A stretch of 64,000 bases of DNA, from positions 22,232 through 86,231 of the forward strand of contig CAZPMN010000001.1 of assembly GCA_964587835.1 (NCBI GenBank). The letters are read 5' to 3'. The DNA is from an uncultured bacterium (GTDB lineage: Bacteria; Auribacterota; Erginobacteria; Erginobacterales; Erginobacteraceae). Below, piece after piece: positions 19,447 to 28,516 of the stretch (the stretch's first letter is position 1; each line of letters begins with the position of its first letter). Under the pieces are notes generated by a model, which made no database searches, was not told where the DNA came from, and worked only from the letters and a program-made list of their open reading frames with translations. Both the position numbers and the translations under genes were made by a program.

Positions 19447-20330
19447 GGATTAGCCGGGGCCGGGAATATTGCCGCCGGGCCGGGGGAGCATTCTGCATCT
19501 TATTGGCCCTCGGCCCCGCCGGGGCGGCGTTTCCGGAGGAAGGATACCGCCGGGTGGAGCTGGAACCCCGGGAGGAGGGAAGCTACCGGGCCCGCTTGCC
19601 GGAACGGGAGGAAGCCCGCTGGAGCGCCCGGTGGGTCCTGGAGAGGGTGGAGGAAGGGCCGCCGGCGGTCTATGCCGTCCGCGACGAGCTGGCGGGGGAG
19701 TTCGGGAGAAAAGACACCCTCCAGACCCGGGTGACCGAGGCCCGTTTCCTCCTCGAAGACGGCCGGATCCGGATGCTTCGAACCGTTCTCACCGTCCGCG
19801 AAGGAGCCGGAGAGATCGTCCGGGTCCTGGAGAAGGATTTCGACCACCGGCTCCGGACCGTCCGGACCGTCGATCTCGATCCCGCCGCCCAGCAAGTCCG
19901 GCGGCAGGAATTCAAGATGGGTGAGGTACTGGTCGACACCAAGGAGATCGTCTCGTACCTTCGGGGTTTCCCCTTTCCGGATTCGTCCGCAGCGGAAGCG
20001 AGTCTCGGCCGGCGGATCGAGTTCAAGCTTCTCAACGAGACCCCCGACACCTACTCGATCCGGGCCGAGTACCAGGGGATCGAGGAGGTGGAGACACCGG
20101 CGGGGACGTTCGCCTGCCATAAGCTGAGGCTGGTTCCCGACCTGGGCATCCTGACCTTTCTCGGCAAGTTGGTCGCCCCCGATCTCTATATGTGGTTTAC
20201 CGTCCACCCCCCGCATTTCTGGGTGAGATACGACGGCCTGGAGGGTGACTTAAAGACCCCCTCCGTCATCTCAGAACTGGTGGATTTCCAAACCTCCGGT
20301 AGCACAGGCGGCTCGCCTGTGATCTGGTAG
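19443..20330 (+). CDS. Secreted hypothetical protein (beta-rich, DUF3108-like)
   Basis: Signal peptide; E.VETPAGTFACHKL motif; ATGA overlap with doxX; stop provided by a REP. Confidence 0.6.
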   Translation: MRISRGREYCRRAGGAFCILLALGPAGAAFPEEGYRRVELEPREEGSYRARLPEREEARWSARWVLERVEEGPPAVYAVRDELAGEFGRKDTLQTRVTEARFLLEDGRIRMLRTVLTVREGAGEIVRVLEKDFDHRLRTVRTVDLDPAAQQVRRQEFKMGEVLVDTKEIVSYLRGFPFPDSSAAEASLGRRIEFKLLNETPDTYSIRAEYQGIEEVETPAGTFACHKLRLVPDLGILTFLGKLVAPDLYMWFTVHPPHFWVRYDGLEGDLKTPSVISELVDFQTSGSTGGSPVIW

Positions 20331-20617
20331 CACAGGCGGCCCGCCTGTGAAGCCGCCAGGCAAATAGGCATTTCGCCCAGGCCGGCGGCCTGGGCCACCA
20401 ATTGCAGGGGGGGGGAGCACAGGCGGTCCGCCTGTGCGAAAAGCTTGGTTGCCTGGTCCTCAACAGGCGAGCCGCCTGTGCTACCGCCATTTTTTCCCTT
20501 TTGCGCACAGGCGAGCCGCCTGTGCTACCGCCATTTTCTCCCTTTTGCGCACAGGCGAGCCGCCTGTGCTACCGCCATTTTTTCCCTTTTGCGCACAGGC
20601 GAGCCGCCTATGCTACC
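20298..20617. repeat. REP cluster downstream of RAYT: 3 forward and 4 reverse copies, the latter as a 44-bp tandem array
   Basis: Consensus GGTAGCACAGGCG-GCT-CGCCTGTG at 20298, 20326, about 20416; reverse copies ending 20485, 20529, 20573, 20617. Confidence 0.95.
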
Positions 20618-20633
20618 GCTACCGCCGGTCGAT

Positions 20634-21128
20634 TTACGGGGAGGCGGGGTCGGCCTGGAAGGCGTTTGGGTTGTGGTGCCACCAGGGGTAGTCCTGCGCG
20701 CTGTTAACCATCCCCGATTTTACCGGGTTGTTATGCATATAATTCAATTTTGCCTGAAATTCGTCCGCGTTCCGGATTATCCGGTCAAAACGTTCATCCT
20801 GCCAGAATTGCCCCGACCGGTTCATTAATTTGTTGATTTTATGCGCCGTGAAGCTTTTGTTGGTGTGCATGATTTCTTTAAGAGAAAAGCAGGTGCCGTC
20901 TTTTTTTCTCGTCGGGGTGATCAAGGCGTGGACGTGGTTGTTCATAACGACAATTGCGTGCAGCAGGTAGCGCTTCCCGTGCCAGAATTTCCAGTTATCC
21001 ATAACTATGGTTCGGGCCGCTGGGGATAGTGCTGCTCCTGTCACACAACGGTAGGTGATGAAATATGTGCAGCCATCCATCTCCCAGTGAGGGAGGTTCC
21101 GGCGGGTGATGGAAATTTTTTCTTTCAT
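20634..21128 (-). mobile_element. rayT: REP-associated tyrosine transposase (RAYT, HUH Y1), 164 aa
   Basis: RRNLPHW, TYFITYR, HUH motif NHVHAL, FWQDERFDRIIR, YMHNNPVK; AT-richer than flanks; REPs on both sides. Confidence 0.92.
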
Positions 21129-21144
21129 AGGGTGATATGCATCC

Positions 21145-21375
21145 CACAGGCGGGCCGCCTGTGCCACCGCCTGTGCCACCGCCTGTGCCACCCCTGGAAT
21201 TGGTGGCACAGGCCGCCGGCCTGTGCGGCACACCAGGCAACCAGGCATCCCCGCAGGCGGGCCGCCTGTGCCACCCCTGGAATTGGTGGCACAGGCCGCT
21301 GGCCTGTGCGGAACACCAGGCTACCAGCACACCAGGCAACCAGGCCTTCCCCACAGGCGGGCCGCCTGCGCTACC
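21145..21375. repeat. REP/REPIN cluster upstream of RAYT
   Basis: REP copies at 21145, 21202, 21252, 21285, 21352; inverted pairs spaced by CCTGGAATT repeated with 83-bp period; 12-bp partial duplications 21169-21192. Confidence 0.93.
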
Positions 21376-22504
21376 GTTCGCCCTCCAGGTCGAGCTTGAC
21401 CGAGAGGAAGCCGAGGAGATCCTTGAGGGTGATGATCCCGGCCAGGCGGCCGTCATCCACAACCAGCAGCCGGCCGTTTCCGGTACGGGTCATCAGACCC
21501 AGGGCGGTAACCGCTTCGGCATCGGGGCTGATGCTGTTCTCCTGCGAACAGGAAGAGGCCAGCTCGCCGACGCGACGGGTCGACCATTGCTCCCGGGGCG
21601 TCTCCTTGACCTGCTTAGTGGTGACGCACCCGGCCAATCGCCCGTTCTCGATCACCGGATACATCTTGAAGTGGTGGCGGTAGACATAGTCGTTGACCAG
21701 TTCTTCCACGGTCGCTTCGGCCGGGACGGTGACCGGCCGTTCGTTCATGAACCTGGCTACCTGCTCACCCTCCAGGGTCTTGCGGATCACCACCTGACGG
21801 TAGGAGGTCTGGGCGGCGGATCTGAGAAAGAGGCCGATCAGGAACCACCAGACCCCGCCGATGAAGTTGCCGGTAATGAAGGTGACCGCCCCGAGGATGA
21901 TCAGGATCGATCCGAACCCGGAGCCGATCCGGGAGGAGATCCGGGTTGCTCTCCGGAGGCTGCCCTGGCCGCGCCAGAGGAGGGCGCGAAGGATTCTCCC
22001 TCCGTCGAGAGGAAAGGCGGGAAGGAGGTTGAATCCGGCCAGGATGAAGTTGATGAAGGCCAGGTAACTGATCACGCCGATAACCGGAACCGGCCACCCG
22101 CCGGCTCGTCCGCCCGCCCGGACCAGGAGGAAGAAGCAGCCGAGGGCGATACTGGCGGCCGGCCCGGCCGCCGCCATCTGCAGTTCGGTCTGCGGGCTGG
22201 TCGGCTCCTCCTCCATCTGGGCCACCCCTCCGAAGATGAACAGGGTGATGCCTTTGATCGGGAGCCCCCGCCGGCGGGCGACCAGCGAGTGGGAAAGTTC
22301 ATGGAGGATGATCGCCAGGAAGAGGCCCAGAGTACCCGCCACCCCCATCCACCAGTAGGCGGAGGTGGAGAGGTCGCCGTAGTAGGCGGGGAAGAGGCCC
22401 CGGGCCAGCGACCAGGTGATCAGGACGGCCAGAATCAGCCAGCTGGGATCGACCTTGACCTCGAAACCGAACAGACGAAATATACGGATGCTCTTCTGAA
22501 ACAT
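21371..22504 (-). CDS. Site-2 (M50) metalloprotease with tandem CBS domains
   Basis: HELSH, FNLLPAFPLDGG, two CBS repeats; SD GGAGG. Confidence 0.92.
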   Translation of the reverse strand: MFQKSIRIFRLFGFEVKVDPSWLILAVLITWSLARGLFPAYYGDLSTSAYWWMGVAGTLGLFLAIILHELSHSLVARRRGLPIKGITLFIFGGVAQMEEEPTSPQTELQMAAAGPAASIALGCFFLLVRAGGRAGGWPVPVIGVISYLAFINFILAGFNLLPAFPLDGGRILRALLWRGQGSLRRATRISSRIGSGFGSILIILGAVTFITGNFIGGVWWFLIGLFLRSAAQTSYRQVVIRKTLEGEQVARFMNERPVTVPAEATVEELVNDYVYRHHFKMYPVIENGRLAGCVTTKQVKETPREQWSTRRVGELASSCSQENSISPDAEAVTALGLMTRTGNGRLLVVDDGRLAGIITLKDLLGFLSVKLDLEGER

Positions 22505-22650
22505 CGGCAACCTCCTGCGGGGAATATTTTCCGGAAAAAATCTTCCGATTCTGTTAATATCTCAGGCAGCTTAAAGCCGCCTGGCGGATATCCTAACATC
22601 CCGGGCGGTAAAAATACAGCAATCTGACCACCAGTCCGGGGACAGCGCCT

Positions 22651-23064
22651 ATGATCAAAAAATGTGTTTTTTATCCGGCCCTTCTGCTCATCCTGACCGG
22701 ATGCGCTTCCTCCCCCGATACGATCGGGGGCTACCAGTCACCGGCCCGGGCCCTGCTCGGGATATGGAGGATGGCCGACGGTTCCGGCGAGGTCGCCTTC
22801 TCCGACGACGGCAGTTACCGGTTCTCCAACCCGGACGGCAGCGGGGGCCGCGCGGAATATCGGGTCCTGGAAGAGGATCTGGAGAAGCGAACCATCCTCA
22901 CCCTGATCCGCTTGCAGGAGTTTGACGGCGAGCCGGTGGAGGAGGAAGTGGAACTGAAGATCGAAGGGCGGTTCGCCCCCAACTACCGGCAGTTCGTGGG
23001 GGCCCTGGTCGACGAAGAAGGACTTGCCACCGGGCCCTTTCGGATGGAGAGAGATGAACAATGA
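22651..23064 (+). CDS. Hypothetical lipoprotein
   Basis: Lipobox LTGC after hydrophobic signal. Confidence 0.65.
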   Translation: MIKKCVFYPALLLILTGCASSPDTIGGYQSPARALLGIWRMADGSGEVAFSDDGSYRFSNPDGSGGRAEYRVLEEDLEKRTILTLIRLQEFDGEPVEEEVELKIEGRFAPNYRQFVGALVDEEGLATGPFRMERDEQ

Positions 23065-23651
23065 AGGGTACGCCAAAGAGTCAGCTTTCGGTCCCGGTTG
23101 AGTACTTTTCTTCCGCCGGCCCGGACCACACCCGGGCAACGGTGATGGCGGCCTGCCGCCGGGCGGGAGAACTGAAGATCAGGGAGGTTCTGGTTGCCAC
23201 CGAGACCGGGCGGACCGCCCTGGCGCTGGCCGACCGGTTCAAGGGGGGCAAGGTGATCGCTGTCAGTTACCACTCCGGAACAGGCGCGCCTTTCGATGAC
23301 CCCCTTCCGCCGCCGGCCCGGCAGGCCCTGGCAAAGAAAGGGGTCGCCATTTTAACCTGCGGTCACGCGTTCAGCGGGGCGGAGAAGGCGGCCGCCAGGA
23401 TCGGGGGAGGCGCCCCCCTGGCCCTGGTCGCCCAGACCCTCCGGCTCTTCGGCCAGGGAACCAAGGTCGCCGTTGAGATAGTCCTGATGGCCGCCGACGC
23501 CGGTCTTCTCTCCGGCCGGGACGTGATCGCCATCGGAGGTACGGCCGCGGGAGCCGACACCGCCCTGGTCATCGCCCCCGCCCACCAGGGGGATATGTTC
23601 TCCCTGCGGGTGAGGGAGATTATCTGCAAGCCGCGGGATTTCGGGGAGTAG
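23061..23651 (+). CDS. Pyruvate-kinase C-terminal-like alpha/beta conserved protein
   Basis: VATETGRTA, LRLFGQGTKVAVEIVLMAADAG, GADTA. Confidence 0.75.
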   Translation: MKGTPKSQLSVPVEYFSSAGPDHTRATVMAACRRAGELKIREVLVATETGRTALALADRFKGGKVIAVSYHSGTGAPFDDPLPPPARQALAKKGVAILTCGHAFSGAEKAAARIGGGAPLALVAQTLRLFGQGTKVAVEIVLMAADAGLLSGRDVIAIGGTAAGADTALVIAPAHQGDMFSLRVREIICKPRDFGE

Positions 23652-23684
23652 CCGCCCCGGCGCCGGAAGGATCCCGTTTAGGCT

Positions 23685-23712
23685 TTGACAGTGGGGCGGA
23701 TTCTGCTATATT
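23685..23712 (+). promoter_or_regulatory. Sigma70 promoter of tRNA-Arg
   Basis: TTGACA-16 nt-TATATT with TG extension. Confidence 0.7.
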
Positions 23713-23732
23713 TTCTTCCCTTTTCCGGTTTC

Positions 23733-23806
23733 GCGCCCGTAGCTCAGATGGATAGAGCGCTTGCCTCCGGAGCAAGAGGTCGCGCGTTCGAATCGCGCCG
23801 GGCGTA
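23733..23806 (+). tRNA. tRNA-Arg (anticodon CCG), CCA not encoded
   Basis: GCGCCCG/CGGGCGT acceptor, TAGCTCAG-TGGATAGAGC D-arm, CTTGC-CTCCGGA-GCAAG, GTTCGAATC T-loop. Confidence 0.95.
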
Positions 23807-23962
23807 TCCTGTGGCGCAGAGCGCAGGGGGCAAAGCGCATGGCGCCCACTTATTCCCCTCCGTTTTTACCCCGCCGGGGGAAGATATTGTTTCTTGCGTT
23901 TTCTCTTTCTGCCGGAATATAATTTTCTCCGATCACCACGTCCCGCCGACGATATAATTAAG

Positions 23963-24733
23963 ATGATGATCAGACCTGACGGAAGAAAGTACGAGGAGTT
24001 AAGGCCGGTGAAGATCGCCCCCGGTTACGTGGAGTTGCCGGCCGGGTCGGCCCTGATCGAACTGGGGAAGACCCGGGTGATTTGCACCGCCTCGGTCGAG
24101 GAGAGGCTTCCCGCCTGGCTCCACCAGGCCCAGTTGAAGAGCCCGGCCAAGAGCGGCTGGATTACCGCCGAGTACTCGATCCTCCCCGGAGCGGGACCCC
24201 GGCGGAAGACGCGGGAAACCACCATGGGAAAAGCCTCGGGGAGGACGATGGAAATCCAACGTCTGATCGGACGTTCTTTCCGGTCGGTCGCCGACCTCTC
24301 CGTCCTCGGCCCCCGGACCGTCTGGGTGGATTGCGACGTCATCCAGGCCGACGGCGGGACCCGGTCGGCGGCGATTACCGGTGGGTTCGTGGCCTTGCTG
24401 ACGGCTCTGCGGGGTCTAAGGGACGAAGGAATCATACCGGAAATTCCCATCCGTCAGCACCTGGCGGCGGTCAGCGTCGGGGTACGGGGAGGGGAGGTAA
24501 TCCTCGATCTCGATTATCTCGAGGACAGCGATGCCGAGGTCGACTGCAACGTGGTAATGACCGAAAACGGCGAACTGGTGGAGGTGCAGGCCACCGGGGA
24601 GAAGAATTCTTTCCCCCGGGATCATCTTGATCTGATGCTTGATTACGCCGCCGCCGGGATCGGTGAACTGATCAAGTTACAGAAAGAAGCCCTGCGACTG
24701 AATTCACCGCCCTCCCGCCCGGAGAAAGACTAG
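23963..24733 (+). CDS. rph: Ribonuclease PH
   Basis: ITAEYSILP, SGRTMEIQRLIGRS, QADGGTR, EVQATGE. Confidence 0.95.
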   Translation: MMIRPDGRKYEELRPVKIAPGYVELPAGSALIELGKTRVICTASVEERLPAWLHQAQLKSPAKSGWITAEYSILPGAGPRRKTRETTMGKASGRTMEIQRLIGRSFRSVADLSVLGPRTVWVDCDVIQADGGTRSAAITGGFVALLTALRGLRDEGIIPEIPIRQHLAAVSVGVRGGEVILDLDYLEDSDAEVDCNVVMTENGELVEVQATGEKNSFPRDHLDLMLDYAAAGIGELIKLQKEALRLNSPPSRPEKD

Positions 24734-24786
24734 ATCCGGCAGCAGAATATTCACGTCTCAGGGACAATCAGAAAGGAGCGCAGACC

Positions 24787-25395
24787 ATGGAAATAGTGGT
24801 GGCCAGCCATAACCCGGGCAAGGTCACAGAGCTCAAGCAACTGCTCGGGGACCTTCCAGTCAGGATTTATTCCTTGGAGGATTTTCCGGAGATGCCGGAG
24901 GTGGAGGAAGACGGGGAAACCTTTCAGGAGAACGCCCTGAAGAAAGCCCGGACGGTCTTTCATGAGACCGGGAAGATCACCCTGGCCGATGACTCCGGGC
25001 TGGAGGTCGACGCCCTCCAGGGAGCCCCCGGCGTCCAGTCGGCCCGATTCGGGGGCGTCGGGCTTACCGATCACGAAAAGAACCTGAAACTGCTGGATAT
25101 GCTCAAGGACGTGAAGGACGAGGAACGGGGCGCAACTTTCCAGTGCTGCCTGGCCATTGTCGGTCCGAAGGGTATGGAGAAGGTGGTCAGCGGCTCGACC
25201 CGAGGATCGATCCTGCGGGAGCCGCGGGGGGGCAGTGGATTCGGGTATGACCCGATCTTTCTCCCCTGCGAGTACGGCCAGACCTTCGCCGAATTATCCC
25301 CTGAGGTTAAGAACCGGATCAGCCACCGGGGAAAGGCCCTGGAGAAAGCCGCCCTCTTCCTGGACGGTTATATCTACTCCGAGACTCACCGGTAA
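24787..25395 (+). CDS. rdgB: Non-canonical purine NTP pyrophosphatase
   Basis: ASHNPGK, ADDSGLEVDAL, GFGYDPIF, SHRGKA; follows rph. Confidence 0.95.
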   Translation: MEIVVASHNPGKVTELKQLLGDLPVRIYSLEDFPEMPEVEEDGETFQENALKKARTVFHETGKITLADDSGLEVDALQGAPGVQSARFGGVGLTDHEKNLKLLDMLKDVKDEERGATFQCCLAIVGPKGMEKVVSGSTRGSILREPRGGSGFGYDPIFLPCEYGQTFAELSPEVKNRISHRGKALEKAALFLDGYIYSETHR

Positions 25396-25561
25396 CTCTT
25401 CGGTGGCGGTACCGGGTTACGGATACGAGATCCGCTTCGGTTCTGGTTGATTCGCCGCCGGCCGATAATCGAACCGGCCTTCCGGCTGTTCCCTCGTCCG
25501 GCGCCGGCTGAAAACGCTTCCCCTCCGCGACCGCGCGCGGCCGCGAATTTTTGTTTTCGCG

Positions 25562-26713
25562 ATGATCTATCTGCTCGCCTTCCTGATGAACATCACCACG
25601 GGGATGCTGATCCTCTGTGGCCCCCTTCTGGCCCTGGAGAAGTTTCAGGCAAATTCGCTTCTGCTCGGTTTTCTCGGTTTCGGTTCGGCGATAGTTTACG
25701 CGCTGGGTTGCGCGGCGAGCGGATTCTGGGTGGACCGTTTCGGTTCCCGGAAGGTTATCACCGCGGCCTGCGCCTTTCTACCGGCGGCCTTCCTCTCGAT
25801 CTTCCTGGTCTCCCGGTACTGGCACCTACTGCTGCTCGCCCTGGCGGTGGGGTTGGGGGCTGCGGTCTTCTGGCCGGCGATGATCCGCTGGCTGGGGGAG
25901 GATGAACGGGCCGACCGCCTTCGGGTCCGGGTGGGGAATTATAACATCGCCGTGATCGGCGGGGTGATGTTCGGTCCCCTCACCGCCGGTTTGCTTTTCC
26001 CGCTCGACCCTCGTCTCCCCTTCGTGGTTTCCGCGGTCCTGATCCTGGCGATCCTGGCCATCTTCCGCTGGGGATACAGACCGCCGCGGGCCGGGGAGAG
26101 GGGTATCCCACCTCCGGCTGCTCCGCCGGAGGACAGCGACCGGACCCGACCCGGATTCGACTATCTCGCCTGGACCGCCAACTTCAGCGCCTGGTTCGCC
26201 ATCGGGACCGCCCAGGCGCTCTTCCCCGAACTGGCCTTGAGGCTCCCCGCCCCGATCAGCGAACGGGCCCTGGGGATTATGATCTCGTTGATTGCGGCCG
26301 GCCAGGTGGGGGTCTTTATCCTGCTTCGCCGATGGCGGGGATGGCATTACAGATACGGTTATCTCCTCCTCTTCCAGCTGCTGGGTTTTGTCGGCCTGTT
26401 GGTCCTGGCTCTCAACAACAACCAGGCTCTCTTCTATGCCGGGTTTCTCGGGATCGGGTTCGCCGGGGGCATGACCTATTTCTCTTCCATCTACTACAGC
26501 GTCCACCAGCAGAAGGAGAAGGGGAAGAAGGGCGGTTTCCACGAATCGTTTCTCGGCCTGGGGGTCGCCCTCGGTCCCCTGGCCGGCGGGTTGGCCGGCC
26601 GGGAACTGGGACTGCGGGCCCCCTACCTGCTCGCCGCCGGAGTCCTGGCGTCCAGTCTCATCCTCCAGGCTTTTCTCCGGCGCCGTTTCGCCCGCCCGCC
26701 GGGACGAAGCTGA
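25562..26713 (+). CDS. MFS transporter
   Basis: GFWVDRFGSRK motif A, about 12 hydrophobic segments. Confidence 0.85.
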   Translation: MIYLLAFLMNITTGMLILCGPLLALEKFQANSLLLGFLGFGSAIVYALGCAASGFWVDRFGSRKVITAACAFLPAAFLSIFLVSRYWHLLLLALAVGLGAAVFWPAMIRWLGEDERADRLRVRVGNYNIAVIGGVMFGPLTAGLLFPLDPRLPFVVSAVLILAILAIFRWGYRPPRAGERGIPPPAAPPEDSDRTRPGFDYLAWTANFSAWFAIGTAQALFPELALRLPAPISERALGIMISLIAAGQVGVFILLRRWRGWHYRYGYLLLFQLLGFVGLLVLALNNNQALFYAGFLGIGFAGGMTYFSSIYYSVHQQKEKGKKGGFHESFLGLGVALGPLAGGLAGRELGLRAPYLLAAGVLASSLILQAFLRRRFARPPGRS

Positions 26714-26747
26714 AGCCCCTGCGGTTGCCGCCGGACCGAGGGGGAGG

Positions 26748-26776
26748 TTGTATTCTCATTCGGCCTTTGATAGGAT
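26748..26776 (+). promoter_or_regulatory. Sigma70 promoter of radA
   Basis: TTGTAT-17 nt-TAGGAT. Confidence 0.55.
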
Positions 26777-26811
26777 ATTTTTCCGGATAAATTTTCGGAG
26801 AAAATTTATTA

Positions 26812-28170
26812 ATGAAGACCGCTTTCTTCTGCCAGGAGTGCGGGTATAAATCGTTGAAGTGGATGGGGCGTTGCCCGGGTTGCGGGTCCTGGAATTCGCT
26901 GGTGGAGGAGACGGTGGTGACGGAGAAGAAGGGAATCCGTTCCCATCCCCGGTGGGAGAAACAGAGACCGCTGCCGATCAGCGAGATCGAGACCCGGTCC
27001 GATATCCGGACCAGGACCGGTTTGCCGGAGTTCGATCGGATCCTGGGGGGCGGGATCGTGGCCGGTTCCCTGGTCCTGGTCGGGGGCGAGCCGGGGATCG
27101 GGAAGTCGACCATCCTGCTTCAGGTCAGCAACGCCCTCGCCGCCGCCGGCCAGACCGTCCTCTATGTCAGCGGGGAGGAGTCGATCCAGCAGTCGAAACT
27201 GCGGGCCGAGCGGCTGGGGGCCTCCTCTTCCGATCTCTATCTGGTATCGGAGACCAACCTCGACCTGATCCTGGAGTATATCCGGGAGGTCGGACCTTAC
27301 CTGGTAGTCATCGACTCGATTCAGACCGCCTTCCATCCGGAAGTGACTTCGGCTCCCGGTTCGATCGCCCAGGTCAGGGAATGCGCTGCCCGGCTCCTGG
27401 TCGCGGCCAAGTCGGAGGGATTCGCCATCTTTCTGGTCGGGCATGTGACCAAGACCGGCTCGATCGCCGGTCCCCGGGTCCTGGAACATATGGTGGATAC
27501 CGTCCTGTACTTCGAGGGGGACCGCCACCACGCCTACCGTATCCTGCGTTCGGTCAAGAACCGCTTCGGTTCCACCGACGAGATCGGAATCTTCCAGATG
27601 ACCGAGGGGGGGTTGCAGGAGGTGAAAAACCCCTCCGAGATCTTCCTCTCCCAGAGGGAGCCGGGGCTGACCGGCTCGGTGGTCGTTCCCTGCCTGGAGG
27701 GGAAACGGCCGATCTTGGTGGAGATCCAGGCCCTGACCGCCTCCACCGGGCTGGCCATCCCCCGCCGCCGGTCGACCGGGATCGACGTCAACCGGGTTCT
27801 GATCCTGCTGGCGGTCCTGGAGCGGCGGGCCGGGTTGAGAGTGGGGGACAAGGACGTCTTCGTCAACGTGGTCGGGGGAGTGAAGATCTCCGAACCGGCG
27901 GCCGACCTCGGGGTGGTGGCGGCGGTGGCTTCCAACGTCAGGAACGCCCCCATCCCCGCCTCGACCGTGATCCTGGGCGAGGTCGGCCTGGGGGGGGAGG
28001 TGCGGGCGGTCAGGCAGATCGAACAGCGGCTGAAGGAAGCGGCTAAGCTCGGTTTCAAACGGGCGATCATTCCCGCCGCCGGCTCGGACGAAATCCCCAA
28101 GATCCGGGGTCTTGAGGTGGTCCCGGTGCGGAAGATCCGGGAGGCGCTGGGAGCGGCGCTGGGGGGGTGA
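26812..28170 (+). CDS. radA: DNA repair protein RadA/Sms
   Basis: CQECG..GRCPGC zinc finger, GEPGIGKST, KNRFG. Confidence 0.97.
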   Translation: MKTAFFCQECGYKSLKWMGRCPGCGSWNSLVEETVVTEKKGIRSHPRWEKQRPLPISEIETRSDIRTRTGLPEFDRILGGGIVAGSLVLVGGEPGIGKSTILLQVSNALAAAGQTVLYVSGEESIQQSKLRAERLGASSSDLYLVSETNLDLILEYIREVGPYLVVIDSIQTAFHPEVTSAPGSIAQVRECAARLLVAAKSEGFAIFLVGHVTKTGSIAGPRVLEHMVDTVLYFEGDRHHAYRILRSVKNRFGSTDEIGIFQMTEGGLQEVKNPSEIFLSQREPGLTGSVVVPCLEGKRPILVEIQALTASTGLAIPRRRSTGIDVNRVLILLAVLERRAGLRVGDKDVFVNVVGGVKISEPAADLGVVAAVASNVRNAPIPASTVILGEVGLGGEVRAVRQIEQRLKEAAKLGFKRAIIPAAGSDEIPKIRGLEVVPVRKIREALGAALGG

Positions 28171-28199
28171 GTAAGCGGTGAGCAGTGAGCAGTGAGCAG
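28170..28199. repeat. Heptamer tract (4 units), left arm
   Basis: AGTAAGC GGTGAGC AGTGAGC AGTGAGC. Confidence 0.9.
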
Positions 28200-28254
28200 G
28201 TCCCGTCCTGATATAGGTTGTCAAGAGAAGAGTAAGACCTCTCCAAATTATAAT

Positions 28255-28432
28255 GTAGCACCCCGTTGGGGTGCTTGGATGGATAAAACCTGATTGCGAG
28301 TTACCCGGGGTTGCCCGTCTAAAGCCGGATCTTCGACACCCCGGGCTATGATGTAAGACGCCGTTGGCGTCATTGCCTTTCACCCCAAAGGGGTGATACG
28401 TCATAGCCCGGCGGCCGGCCGGCTTTAGGCGG
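28255..28432. mobile_element. Nested palindromic non-autonomous (REPIN/MITE-like) element
   Basis: GTAG-footed GCACCCC-GTT-GGGGTGC; GACGCC-GTT-GGCGTC; TCACCCC-AAA-GGGGTGA; long-range IRs 28341-28351/28401-28411 and 28315-28328/28419-28432. Confidence 0.7.
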
Positions 28433-28516
28433 AGAATCGCCGGGGCCTATTGATGCCATTATAATCAATAGAAAGTGACAATTTAAAATCAGGACGTGAC
28501 AGGTGCCGGCCGGCAA

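Noticed and set aside
20463-20617. CRISPR array
   Set aside because: Spacers are near-identical, the repeat is the REP, and there are no cas genes
20634-21128. IS200/IS605 element with TnpB
   Set aside because: No tnpB; motifs and multi-copy flanking REPs fit RAYT
20266-21683. Short ORFs across the REP clusters and the 40-aa N-terminal extension of the RAYT ORF
   Set aside because: Translations of repeats; the RAYT start is better placed at ATG 21128
23733-23960. tRNA as genomic-island attachment site
   Set aside because: No integrase, no duplicated tRNA 3' end, and housekeeping genes follow
26809-28404. 531-aa minus-strand ORF (also 21137-22627, 40776-41867, 58167-59843 and similar)
   Set aside because: Antisense shadows of strongly supported genes, expected in GC-rich DNA; no recognisable motifs
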